Of a stretch of 64,000 bases of DNA, positions 1 through 13,640 are shown one piece after another. Where the stretch lies: positions 52,390,001-52,454,000 of the forward strand of contig NC_082727.1 in the NCBI RefSeq assembly GCF_030144855.1. Direction: 5' to 3'. This stretch comes from Hypanus sabinus (taxonomy: Eukaryota). The position numbers were made by a program, and so were the translations under genes. A model generated the notes under the pieces. That model saw only the letters and a list, made by a program, of their open reading frames with translations. It was not told the origin of the DNA and ran no database searches. Every line of letters begins with the position of its first letter. Position 1 is the stretch's first letter.

Positions 1-1054
1 TCACAAGTTGCAGTTCTCTTGCAGACTGCATCAGGTTTTCCTTCAGGATTTCCCTGTACTTTGCTGCATTCATTTTACCCTCTACCTTTGCAAGCCTTCC
101 AGGGCCTGCTGCAGTGAAGCATCCCCACAGCCACCACTATGCTTCACAGTAGGGATGGTGTGTTTTTGATGACGTGTGGTATATGGCTTAGACTAAGCAT
201 TGTGTTTTAGTCTGATAGCCAAAAAGCTCTATTTTGGTTTCATCGGATCACAAAACCACCTTCCAGCTGACTTCAGAGTCTCCCATGTGCCTTCTGGAAA
301 ACTCTAGCCAAGATTTCATGCGAGTTTTTTTCTGAACAGTGGCTTTCTCTTTGCTACTCTCCCACAAAGCTGTGACTGGTGAATCACCCAGGCAACAGTT
401 GTATGCATAGTCTCTCCCATTTCAGCCACTAAAGCTTGTAACTTCTCCAGAGGTGTCAGAAGTCTCTTGGTGGCCTCCTTCGCTAGTCCCCTTCTTGCAC
501 GGTCACTCAGTTTTTGAGGACAGCCTGCTCTAGGTAGATTTACAGCTGTGCCATATTCTTTCCATTTCTTGATGATTGATTTAACTGTACTCCAAGGGCT
601 ATTCAGTGACATGGAGATTTTCTTATATCCATCTTCTGACTTGGCCTTTTCAAGAACTTTTTGCAGAGTTGCTTAATGTCCATTTGTCTTCATGGTGTAG
701 GTTTTGCTAGGATATTAACTCAGTAGCAGTTGGACCTTCCAGATACAGGTGTATTTTATAACAATCAATTGAAACACCTTGATGGCACACTGTGATCTCT
801 ATTTAACTAATTATGTGACTTCTACAACCAATTGGTTGCACCAGTGATAATTTGCTGTGAGATATTAAAGGGGGTGAATATCAATAATTCAATCAATTAT
901 TTTGTGTTTTATATTTGCATTTAATTTAAGTTACTTTGTGAAGATCTGTTTTCATTTTGACACGAGTGTCAAAAAAGCCAAATTAAATCTACTGTTGTAA
1001 AAAAAATAAAACATGTTAACTTCCAAAGGAGTTGAATACTTTTTATAGGCATTG
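1..1054 (-). mobile_element. Tc1/mariner (Tc1-like) DNA transposon, decayed, cut by the window edge; lies in LHPP intron 1
   Basis: ORF 316..612(-) has the Tc1 paired-like HTH (PWSTVKSIIKKWKEYGTAVNLPRAGCPQKLSDRARR). Terminal repeat CAATGCCTATAAAAAGTATTCAAC (minus) ends at 1054 next to TA; inner DR-like GGGGTGAATA at ~871. Confidence 0.85.
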
Positions 1055-2627
1055 TATGTACCAATTTTACCAGAGGGACTAGACAGGCAACAGGAGTGTT
1101 GTTTGGGGGGGGGGGGGCTTGTGGAATAAGGCAATAAATGTAAAACACAACAAGAAGTTTGAAAACAAATAAAAGATGATGGAATTGAAAACAATTACAC
1201 TCCCTTCTGATGAACGGTCACTGGCCCCAGAAGTTGACTAGTTTCTCTTTTCAAAGATGCCACCTGCCTGAGTTCTTCCAGCATTTTTTTTTGTTACAAC
1301 AGAAGTTTGTACAAAACCATTCAAAATAGATGAACAATATTGATGGATAGAATTAAGAAGCTGTTCTAATACTCAACAAACATTTCATGACATATTAAAC
1401 TTCTGGCTATACACTGATGCATTTTCAGAAGTTACCATTTGGACTGATGCTCAGTGGATAACCAACTTATATCCATAGTTTATTAGTTTTCTATTCATTA
1501 TTAATAGATCTGAATTTAAAATTACTTGTTCTCTTTCTCTTTATTTTTATTTTCTTATTAATCAAAGTGAATTCTCAATATAAAATGAAGGAAATAAAAC
1601 CCAGTTTGAATTTCTCCACAATAATACTAAGACTCACCAGCTGTAAAGCTGACTGGTTCAGGATATTGTGGCCTCATGACCCACTCCAGATATTTGGGAA
1701 ATAATCCATATTAAACCTAATAGTTAACAAGTCACCACTGCAGTCATCACCCCTTTAGTACCTATAGTTGCCATATGACTAGCTATGAGAAGTCATAACA
1801 ACAATGATAACTCAATGAGAAGTCACTGATATTATGACTTCTCATAACCACACTCTTGTGGCGTTTTATTTCAAGAGTTTACTGAATTGTATACAGGTTT
1901 GTTTACTTATTTTTTAGTTTCCATTAGGAAATTGTATGGTCAATGATGCATACTGGTGGCCCAGTGCAAATCTATGTATCAGGAACAGTTAGAAACAGAG
2001 CATAAATAGTGGAAGAAATGCACTACCTACGAAAACTAAACCCCCCCCCACCCCCACTACTCCTCCCCAAACACTCATTTCCCCAACTACGGCAAGGTCT
2101 GCAGCTTCCATTCTGGAGCAAAAGCAAGTCGCCCTGGAACTCCATAGGGTACTTGTACATTCAATGAAGGAGGTTCACCAAGATAGATAAACTTTCTAAT
2201 CGCATGATCTCGCCGTAACATGAACTGCTTTAGAGCTACCTGTGAACAGTACCAAATATGCAGCAAATAAGCCATCAAGGAATTTTTATTTAGATGGACT
2301 TAAACAAACAAAGTCTCTCGAGATACTACCCATGGAAGGATTTTCAAAAAAGAAAATCTGAGCATACGTTTCATACTTCAGTATTTCTGCTTGATTGATA
2401 GACTGTATACATTGTAGATCACTAATAAACCGCTAAAGAGTTGCAGGCGGTTGCCTTCCCAAGAGGGTTAGTAAAACGCATTAAGTCTCCACACGACCAG
2501 TACTTGATCACTAGGTGTCACGACAAAAAAAAACAAGTCATGTCGTTTAACATCTGCTACTCACAGAGCCGCGGAGTCTATCTACCCCGCTGAGCGAACA
2601 GACTTCACTTGCAGCTTTAACACTCAC

Positions 2628-2755
2628 CTTTTAACCGCATCCACGGAACCTAGAATGGGAACCCCTCCTCCATCCCCGCTGTCATACAGAACCCCACTAA
2701 TATCTAACAACACTCCCCTTACTCTACCCGCAGGCTCGCACCATTCGGCCATCAT
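2628..2755 (-). CDS. LHPP: LHPP (HAD-family phospholysine/phosphohistidine inorganic pyrophosphate phosphatase), coding exon 1; rest of gene lies left of the window
   Basis: Manual translation MMAEWCEPAGRVRGVLLDISGVLYDSGDGGGVPILGSVDAVK-AG|gtgagt closely matches the LHPP N-terminus with HAD motif I (LLDISGVL); canonical donor; head-to-head with NKX1-2 as in the human locus. Confidence 0.93.
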
Positions 2756-2768
2756 AAAAACGAAACAA

Positions 2769-2940
2769 GATGCATTATGGGAGATGGAGTTTACTAGGAG
2801 CTACTGGATATTAAAATAACGACAAAATGAACTACAGTCGCCAGTGCACTGTGCGTTCTCGCTACCTCCCAAAGCCCTAATCAATAATTGGAGCATAATT
2901 ATAACTGGGCCGATTGTCCAATCATATTTCACGCCATTGG
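2769..2940. promoter_or_regulatory. LHPP promoter: two ZNF143/Staf-like sites and CCAAT boxes
   Basis: ACTCCATCTCCCATAATGCATC (minus, 2769-2790); degenerate AACTACAGTCGCCAGTGCAC (plus, 2830-2849); ATTGG/CCAAT at ~2887, ~2918, ~2936; local CpG enrichment. Confidence 0.6.
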
Positions 2941-4084
2941 GCGCTTCATGTACAGGATTCTGCTGCGTGTGTAACAACCAGTGATAATGTACTGATTTTA
3001 TTTTCAGTGCATTTCATTGTTCAGTTCCAACTATAAGATAATGTGAGTAAGAACTATACTATCATACATTTTAAATAAATCCAATAGTAATTCAATATTG
3101 TTTATGACAGAACAGATATGTTCGATGTTAAACTCATTGCTGTCTAAGAAAGATCATGTGTATAAACTTCAGAGGTAAAATTGGAACAAGAAATAGTTTG
3201 TTATTAACAATTAATAGATCAGTGTAATATTCCTATGACAAGCGGACAATGTCAAGATCCCTATCTCGTGAAACATTAGTCATCAGCGTAGCATTTATAA
3301 TAACTATATATTACGATAAAGAAAATGGTAAGTGAACTATAGAAGATACCCGCCAAAAAAGGAAGGAATTTTCAACTCATTTCACTATAAATACGTAATC
3401 GATTACTTTTTTGGTAATTAGCAACATTTATAATTTTAATTAACGATCTTTGCCTAGAATCACGAGCAACTATATAGTTATTAACTGAATAGCTACATGC
3501 ACAATCTAACCAAGTTGAGTCTATATTATATTGCAATGTATTTAGTCGCTGAACAATTTCTTATAGAATCTTCGAATCGTAATTCCTACCTATTTCACCT
3601 ATTGCTGTTTGCAAGGGTTCTAACTTCTCGCAGATATAATCTATACTGTAAAACTCATTTAGCAAGAATTGGAGATTGAACAAGTTATTTAAAACAACAT
3701 CTTTAATAGTGTAATATCTCAACTGTCTACTTTGATAGTGAACATTGTCTTGGACAGTCTTATCAGCAGAGGACACCCGCTGTGAATATTGATTCCAGCT
3801 TGTTTCAAGCCATCAGCTGCCATCAGGACAGGTCAGGTCTGAATCCCACCTGGCGTCAAAGCAATTTAAAGGCAGCACTCACATTGAATTCTAATCCTTT
3901 GCCATAGCAGAGCTAGTTAAAACGGTCAAAAGGCAGGTTATTTCGCGACGACCCTGTAGAAAATAACTTCAGGAAACAAACTAGTTTAATGTTTTTAGAG
4001 GCCTCATTGCAGAACAACAATTGTAATTTGGTCTGATTGAACAAGACAATCTACAATGCAAAGGCTGCAATAAGGAAATTATTT

Positions 4085-4380
4085 TATACAGCATTACAGT
4101 ACGGAAACAGGCCCTTCAGCCCAACTGGTCCATGTCAGCCAAGATTCCCATCTAAACTTACCCATTTCCAGCGGTTGGCCCATCTCCCTCTAAATATTTT
4201 CTATCCATGCACCTGTCCAAATCCTGTTCACGTACCTGCCTCAACAGCTTCCTCATTGCATAAGTGCACCACCCTCTGCGTGAAACCTTTGCCCATCAGG
4301 TTCCTATTAAATTCCTTCCATTTCAGTTTAAATCTATGCCCTCTAATTCTTGATTCCACAACCCTTCATGAAAGACATTG
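4085..4380 (-). mobile_element. CR1-type LINE 3' fragment
   Basis: ACAGTACGGAAACAGGCCCTTCAGCCC... resembles the 3' end of the CR1 at ~49200; degraded. Confidence 0.6.
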
Positions 4381-6569
4381 CATTACTGTAGACAAACTGA
4401 GAAGAGAATTAACATAGCATTGTAAAAACATATGAATTATTCTCCTCTAAAATGTCTACTTACATTGATGTTTAGTTTTCGTTCTTAAGAAAATTAAATT
4501 CAACAGTTGAGAAGACACATAATACAATTTTCAATCATATCAAAATCTAATGTTGAATCGTGTACATCGTATATTGATAGAATTTTTGACAAAAAACCCA
4601 AAACTACACATAAAAAGTGAGAGTCGTGAAGTTGTCGCTAATGAAATGGTTGTTTGCATGCACGTAGGTCATACAGCGCTTAAACCTTGAGACAAAGCTT
4701 TTTTTAAAAAAACTAGAGGATAATACGGTTTTTAATTATACTTAAATGTTCACTCGATTAACGGATTATCGTTTGGTCCAGAATGTCGGAGATAAGAGTC
4801 GGCTATCTCAACTTTCAATGTTTATGTAGATTAACAGTTTAACATACGATAGAGACTCGAAGAAATAAAAGTAGAAAAGTAAGGGTCCTAGAACAAAATA
4901 TCACACATAGAGTGAACCATCTCTTGTCGATAATAACAGCATTGACTTTCATGTTTGTGTTCATTAACTTTGTAATTGAACTAACCTTGTTAACTATACT
5001 TATTATAACTGCCCTAAAATCCTAAATTCTGCTGTGAGAGATCGTTTCACTTTCACTAGCGCCTTTTCTTTGAATACAGCGTTGGGTAGTTTTATAGCCA
5101 CAAACCGCCACAGTCCAAGCCTGGAGTTAGAAACACTGAATGCGCACATGCGAGAGCATCTGGAGCTTATATTCTTTTCAGTCCTTGAACTTTAGATTTT
5201 CCCCAACATCTTGAAAGTAAGAAATTAAATCCAAATAAAGTTTGTATCCCTGCCTTACTCTGAAGCATTTAATGATATTGTAGAGAGGTATTCGTTATTA
5301 GTGTCGCTGCAATAATGAATCATCTACAGGAGTGCAGGAGGAAACGACCAGGTCCCGAATATCGCTGGCACTAACATTCAATGAAATCAATTCGGACATT
5401 TATGTTTCTTCAAGTTTCATGCTGCATAAATACGCGCAAATGAAAGTTTGTAACATTACTGTAAGAAGTAATATTTGTAGCAGGACTTAAAGAAGTAGTA
5501 CCTTGCAAAAATAGTTTTAAACATATGCAAGACTGTGTTTTAAGTTTGCCACGCCAGCTGGGTGCTGGATGGTTACAGCGCTGACATGCGATATATTGTC
5601 TAGCTCCCTGCATTTCCATCAGTTTGGTAACGCCTCTTAAGGCATTATCAGATGCAAATGATTTGATCTACATAATGTTTATAAAAAGATCCATGTAATT
5701 ACGGCGAACAATAGAGTATAATTGAAGTACCGGATGGACGGTTAAAGTGCAACACGAATTTGTTCCGCTGATTTGCAAGATGTTCCAAATGGGCTGGATC
5801 CAATGGATTTAGTACGTTTCTACACAATGTTTAAGACGTTATCCACAGGTTATCTCAAAGTACTTCAATTCAATAAAAACGGAGGTTATCAACAAAATAG
5901 TTTTTATGGTTATTTCGAAAACAGCTTTGTCAAACATACATATTAATTTACAAAAGGTTAAAAAGAACAGTGGATACAAGCATTGTGTTTTTTTTATGTG
6001 GCAGAATACACCATTCTCTTGCTTCGGAGAGAGTCATTTGATGTCCATCCATTAAAGATTGAAGTAACATTACACAGGTGAATGGTATACAAAGCAGAAC
6101 GTCCTTGGCGCTTTGTAGAAATAACACCTTACTGTGAGCAAAGTATTTTCCAAAAGGTCTAAAACCAAATAGTAGCAAAGCTAAGGTCGGGTGTATATAT
6201 TTCCAAGTGTTTGCCTTTGGAGTACATTATCGTACCCACAACTCAATTGCCATTAGATTAAATGCAATACTAGATTTGGAAACACAGTACTTAATTGCAA
6301 GACGTATCCATTAAAACTGAATTTATCTCATTGAATTAATTGATTTTTTCATGCCACACTTGTTTTACAATAGAAAATTCAAACTGTCAAATATAATTAT
6401 TAGTAAATATTTGATGTATGTTAAACGCACCTATTTGCAATTTAAAATGTAACTTCTCAAATGACATTGAGAACTAAATATTCACTCAAACATGATTCTG
6501 CAGTATTAACAAAAATCCACAGCACCAGCAAGTAATTTTCCGTTGCATGTTTTCACACAATTGTCCTTT

Positions 6570-6910
6570 ACTGCAGCGGTTAGTTGAAATTAAGTGTCCG
6601 CAAATAAAAACATGCCATTGTTTTCCAGCTATTGTAATGGCAATGGTTATCCCTTTGAAGTTCGCCTAAACTATTATTGTAATCACGCGTACGGAACTTG
6701 TCCATGCATATCCAAAGGCCTCTATAGTGTTAATAGCCGAGATTTGCTTCTGGGCTCTGTACCACGTGCACCGCCAGTATTAGTCTCTGTCACGAACCCA
6801 AGCATTCATTCAACAGACCAGCTTCACACTCGGAGAGGAGTCCCAGGATATAAGCGCAGGAGCAGAGGTTGCACCTTCATGTCGAGGCACCACAATCTGC
6901 TTATAAAGGC
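6570..6910 (+). promoter_or_regulatory. NKX1-2 proximal promoter (TATA-like box, Sox/TCF/homeodomain motifs)
   Basis: TATAAA at 6902-6907, ~225 bp before the ATG; CATTGTT (~6616), CCTTTGAA (~6652), TTAAGTG (~6590); TE-free, CpG retained. Confidence 0.5.
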
Positions 6911-7128
6911 AAACAGACGAGCAGCCCTAACATCGGATCAATTCGTTGTCCACTGATGGTCACAAACCTAAAGCATTAGCTGGTGATTGTAGTGTCAGGT
7001 GTGCACTGTGAAGTGCGAGTATCTTGAAAACCTATTTTAGTTCCAAACTGATTTCTAGTGTGTGCCAACTTGTGTCAAAATCGCTGTCTTCTCTGCCTAC
7101 TGGGTAGATTCTAAAGTGGAAGAGGGCG

Positions 7129-7357
7129 ATGTTCGAGTGTCCGGAGAGTGGGGAAGAGATGAGCCCCACTCACAAGATATCCTTCTCCATCATAGATATT
7201 CTCGACCCCCAAAAATTTACAGGTAAATCTCAGGCGCTCGAGCTGCAAGACAAAGAGCCAAATGAAAACAGTGTACTTACTAGTACAGTACAGACCTTAA
7301 AGGAGACGGTAAAGCTAAGTGCTGAAAAGAACAGCAACCAAGTCGGCACCGAATCTG
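7129..7357 (+). CDS. NKX1-2: NK1 homeobox 2, coding exon 1 (TN/eh1 motif)
   Basis: MFECPESGEEMSPTHKISFSIIDILDPQKF... with eh1 motif FSIIDIL; phase-1 donor G|gtgagt after 7357. Confidence 0.9.
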
Positions 7358-10006
7358 GTGAGTAAATCATGCATAGTCTTATTTTAATCAGCCTCAGGAT
7401 CTTATAATAATAAAACAATTTCATCAATAGCCTTTTGATTGTACCAAAGTTACTCGATTTTTTTTATTAGGCCACTTACCGGGTTTGTATTGGAACTTAT
7501 AAACAACTTACATAGTACTTGTTTGGTTTGTAATTTTCGTCGGGAATTTCCAGTTGGCGGACGGTCTCCCTCCACCGCTCTGTCCCGACACTTATCCACA
7601 ACATCCCTAGTCTTGTCCAGCTTGGTCCAAACCTTGATGTTATCCAGCCACGTTGTTACTTTACCCGAATTATCAACCAAAAGAAACGTGATTAACGGAT
7701 ACCCAGGTCGTATACTATGTACTTCTAAACCGATCCACTGTTAAAACTCATTGAGTTTATGAAATTGACCTACTGCTTCTAAAGGAAGCATTGTAACTTT
7801 ATGGGCAAAAAGTCTTCATTTATTCCATTGTTCATGGGGAAAATCACGTCGTGATCAAAAGAAGCAATAAATTAATTAATGAAGGGGTAGATACGTAACC
7901 TATTTACTCAATTATATATATTTTTAAATGCAGAGATGGTTAAGCCTACGGAAAATGTATCTTCTTGGATGCTTACATAACCACATCTATTGTGCGAGTG
8001 TATTGAAATGAGAGACAAAAAAGCTATTTTGTTCCATTTAAAACATCAGACCATCTCATGATTAGTGCATAGTAATTTAATATTTTCTCCCTTTTTATTC
8101 TTATCGTGAAATGCACTGAAATCATAAATATGACACACACTCCTTGCCATATCTTGAAAAACAATTACAGTTGTTCAATAACAGCTCTTTGCAGTGTGTG
8201 ATTGGCACTGGGAGAAGCCTGGGTAATTGTTTAAATCGTCCCACAGAGGATGCCGCTGCTCAAATGATCGATATCCTATTACTGACTTGTGCATATCTCC
8301 TTCCAGCAGCTTGCAGGTACAGCAGCGAAAACGCGAGTCTGAAGCAGATCGAAGGTCCAAATATTTTTCGATTAAAACTTACCTTTAATAGATGGTTTTA
8401 TCGATCTGTTAAAATCTGAAACTCTAATTGCACATCGTGGCTAGTGTAGATTTGGACACCTTTTTGTGTATCCTGTCATAACTCTCCATCTGCTTGAAGC
8501 AGTGCTGGGTTTTGTCCCAATCAGGATGCGATCAGTGCTGTTGACCACGTCTTTTTTACATTCCTTTGAAAACAAAATCAAATACACTCATGATCTATTA
8601 TTAGGTCTCAAGTCGAAGGTTCGCCAATGCAACTTGCGAGAAACTACGTCAATAACAAAACTTTACTTTTGTTACCCGGGAGAGGCGTCACTAAATGACG
8701 CTCAAGTGTCCCTACTATAGTATTTGGATTTACAATTCACCTGTAACAGACAGAATCAGCGCTGGCCACAATCCCGAATTTTGACCACCGCTCTCTCACG
8801 GTATAGCTCTTGTTTTGTAATTATCTTCCTGTAATTCACAAAAATACCGTTTCAGGTTTTAGATGAATTCTGGTACACATTTTGCCAATTTAGTTGATCT
8901 ATGATATCTGAGCGCATGGGTGTGATTTTTCAATGGGACAGTCATCCGTGCATCGTTGGACAATTTCATACTTTGAAAAGAATTTATGAAAACCCTGTTA
9001 ATCCAGGACAGCATGAATCTATATAATTTCTAATTCCCTGTAACAATTTTTTTAAGGGCAAGGGATGGGGGGCACAAATAGAGTAGGCAGTCTATGATTA
9101 CTGCCGTGTTTTGATTTTGTTCAGACAAAACTGATATACAATCCCGAGGTAATTGGCTGATAAATAAATTAATAATTGCTATAATAATTACTATTAATAA
9201 TTAACTTTACGATCAAGGAATACAGATCGACTCACAAAGTCTGAACGAAATGAAGAAAAATAGGAATAATATGAGTGTTTTGTTTTAATGGTAAATTCCA
9301 TGCATTATAAGTTATAGTACTTCGCAAAGATTATATACAGTATATCGTTTTCAAGACAGCCAACCCAACCCGCATTGCTAGTCCTTAAAACATACTTGAA
9401 GATTTCAGAACAACGTTTTAACTACAGTATAAAGAAATTTAAAGTTAGTGTCATTTCTCAAAATTGTTCACTTCTATGAATTGAGCTTTAAAATGGAATT
9501 TATTTTAGTATTTGGTCAATAAAACCTGTCAGGGTTGTGTACATAGGAGGTAGACTTATACAAGGTATGTTGATTCGAGAGGGATAATGAAAGTATGGAA
9601 GCGTTGATTATACCGTATTTGCAATTTCCAGCAGTACCTCATGGTTGATAGTATATTTATTGGGCTATTGGGCACTACTCTCACAATCAAAACGTGTTTG
9701 TGCATGTCTTCCCCCACCCCCCATCCCCGTTTACAGATCACAATGTTTAGAAGCACAACCAGTGGCTAACTTTACTTTTTAACCATTTAAAAAAAATCTT
9801 TGATATCAAGGTTTCCAACAGTTTTTAAAAATTTGATCTCTCTTAGGGTTATGGTTATGTAGTTTCCTTATTTCTGGCATACACACTGTGCTATCTGTGT
9901 GTGATAAATGAGTGTAGTGCTTTACAGTTTGGGATTCCCCTTCGTTTTGTGTTATATTAATAAATCAAAGTTCAAACTTGTTGCATTTATAACGCTGAAA
10001 AGGGTA

Positions 10007-10990
10007 TGTTACGTACCCCGTAACTGGGTGTCTCACCAGTAAAGATAGAAGTATCTGTTGGAGTCTGGTACTATATTCAAAACAGTGTTTATTAATAAAA
10101 TATACAAATCAATATCAACAATGCAAATATACAGATAATACATGTTAGCAATACTAAACCTAAAAGTGTGGGTATAATAATAATCAATAATAAACAAGCT
10201 CTATCGTTGTCTAGGGGATAAGGAATTATCATGGGAAAGTCTAAAGTTCAGTTCAGTTCATGTAGGCTGAGGTAGGTGTTCGTTCTTTTGTTGTAACCAT
10301 TGGAGAGAGAGAGAGAGAGAGGGCAAGCAAACAGTGACAGCTATAGTCAGTCAAACCTTCCTTTATTTTCTTGATCTGTTGATATGTTGTTGTGGTCATT
10401 CAGGTATGACCCCTCTGTCCTTTAGCTAGACCATTCTTCTATGGTGGACTCGTCACCCAGGCAAGGGTGGACACACACACAAGCCCCCACCGGCCTCGCT
10501 ATAAACACTGTGAGTTAAAATTGACCAATCCTTTGTTCAGTCTCCGATGCCCCACACTTTTCTCGTGGGTTCCAACACTTAAACAGTGCTCACTACTGTG
10601 TCTCTTGGTTCGTCTGAGGGGTGTCTCCCCAGACCTCACTTTTATCCTTGCTCACGGGGTCTCAGGTGTCAATCAGTTTTGAATGGCTTAGTCCATCAAA
10701 CCAGCCCACTGCGGCTGTCTACTGAGGAATTTTAATGAACAGAATAGTACCAAGTAAACAGCCCTCTCCGGAGCCGTGAGACTTACAGGAGTCATAAATA
10801 TGGTCTCTCTCCCCCGGTGTATCTCTCCCTTGTCTGAAGCAAATGTTCCAGTCCCAATATGTTTTTGTTCCATCTCATTCTCTCTCATTAGCAGCCTGGC
10901 AACAGTAACAGTTTGTGATTCTCCCAGGGGAGGGGAACAGGGGCAACACTGTACCCTTCTGCCCATTAGAGTTGTTCATCCTTCATAACA
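10007..10990 (-). mobile_element. Solo LTR (Gypsy family related to 56473-61035) in the NKX1-2 intron
   Basis: TGTTACG...CATAACA termini, perfect 4-bp TSD GGTA, reverse-complement similarity to the LTR at 60107-61035. Confidence 0.9.
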
Positions 10991-11294
10991 GGTATAAAAG
11001 GTTTATATCTACTAACTTCATGTAACAAATAAACTTTGAATTATATAGCAGAAATGGCAAGAATATAAAAACAAACTACGCTCAATGTTGATCCATGTCA
11101 GCAAGACTAAACTACATGAAAAGCAAGAAAAATTGCTCTAGCAGCCATGACAAAAAGCAGTTTAAGGAATTTAGAGGAACACAGAGACACTACATGGTGT
11201 AGGTCAGAACACCTTCAGATTGCACAGTACCAATGGGGGGAAGGCGTTGGGTTGGTGGGAATGGAGTGGGGCCAGAGGTATTTCCATATTTCCT

Positions 11295-11575
11295 TCTGAT
11301 ATAGAAGGATGCCATTTGGCCCATTAAGTTGATATTCGCTCTCAGTGCATTCCCATTGCCCACTAATTTTCACTGTAATCTATTTTACCCATATTTGCAC
11401 CTACACTTACAGGGGAAAATTTGCAGTGGTTCACCCAAACATCTTTAGGATGCCGGAGTATAGCAGAGCACCAGAAGAAACCAATGTGATTCCAAAAAAG
11501 ATGCAGACTTCGTACAAATAATACCTGAAATCAAAATTGAACGCAGGTCATTGGCACTGTGATGCAGGAGGTCTA
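11295..11575 (-). mobile_element. Degraded V-SINE-like tRNA-derived SINE
   Basis: Reverse V-domain-like text (GAGCACCAGAAGAAACC...GCAGACTT), related to copies at 22385 and 38505. Confidence 0.5.
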
Positions 11576-12648
11576 TAGTTCAAACTAGTAAGATACTGAA
11601 ATAAACATGTTATTACACTATGGGTGTTGGCATAAGGTATAACCTGAAATCACTGAGTTAAATGATAACATAATGAAGATATTGCAGATTTCACCTCCCT
11701 GGAAGTTTGACTGAATGGCCTTTTACACAAGTAGCATTGTGCTCCAATCTATACTACAACCATAACTACCTATACAATATTAATGATCCACAACTTGGGT
11801 ATATATGTTATGAAATACAAGCATAAGTAGAAAGTAATAGTTGTATATAATTCAACCCTCAAACATCTTTTTCAATGGTACCAAGGTATCTTAGTGAAGC
11901 AGACGCAGAACTTGTTCTGCTTACCCACTCCAGTTTACTATAGAATATGCATTTCTCCTTTTACATTTAGGAGATATAATTCCAGCTTCAAGAGAGTGAT
12001 GCAAATACCTGGATAGGTGTCAATACCATTTTACTTTTACCCATGCCTTTGCCTGTTTGGAAATAGGATACTGTATCCTGAAATTGGCCTGTAATAATCT
12101 AATTTTACACTAGTAAAAATGGTGAAACATGGTCCAGGATATTCAGTTCTAAATTCACTATTAAGTATTGATACTATACGTGTTGTATTTTAGTTTCAAT
12201 GTTTGGATGTATTCCTTTCGACACTAGAGCTTTTAATAGCAGTGTATCTGGCAACTTTTCATGTAATTCTATTGCATTAAGATAACACTATAATATAATA
12301 GATGGAAATATTTTAGAAGGCTGTTCTTTATTCCAGTCGGTAAATCTACTGGACATAATATGGTTTACTTTTATCCTTTGGGAGCAGTTCAGTGACTTAT
12401 AGCTTAAAACAAAGTGCATATTGATACTTGCACTGAAGACTGAAGATTATTTTTTTTAAATGCCAATTATTTTACAATAACAAAAAAGAGATTGCGAATT
12501 AACCACATATGCTCTTAAGTTCATTCAGAAAACATTCAGTTTGAAACCCAATTACTTCAGGATGAATATATGTTTGACTATGGTAGTAGAGAAAAACAAA
12601 TGGTTAAATATTATAGTTTCAACTGCATTCCAAAACCTCTAAGGCTGA

Positions 12649-13290
<642 letters not shown>

Positions 13291-13640
13291 AAATGTATAC
13301 CTTAAGTAATGATTTACACAGAACAGATTTACAACATTTTTCAACTGTCTTCTAATAATGTAAGCATCCCTCTTAAAAGAGCTGAGCGGCTCTACAGAGG
13401 TCATTCATTTAGAGGAAGTGTTTAAAAGCATTAAACTGACGTTTGAGTTTCAACAACATTAGAAATACGCCGATTCTTCATCTGAAACTAATAACAAACA
13501 AATAACAATCCTGATAGGGTCAGAAGAAATATACCTGCTTTTGGATTCTTATTGAGCGTTAAATCTAGGATTATAATTCTTAGATTATGAACCTAGAGAC
13601 TAGCTGCACCTGTATGTTCAGTCTATTGGTGCTAAAAATA

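Noticed and set aside
2087-2278. 63-aa minus-strand ORF as possible LHPP exon 2
   Set aside because: No similarity to the expected continuation (LKVRFCTNE...).
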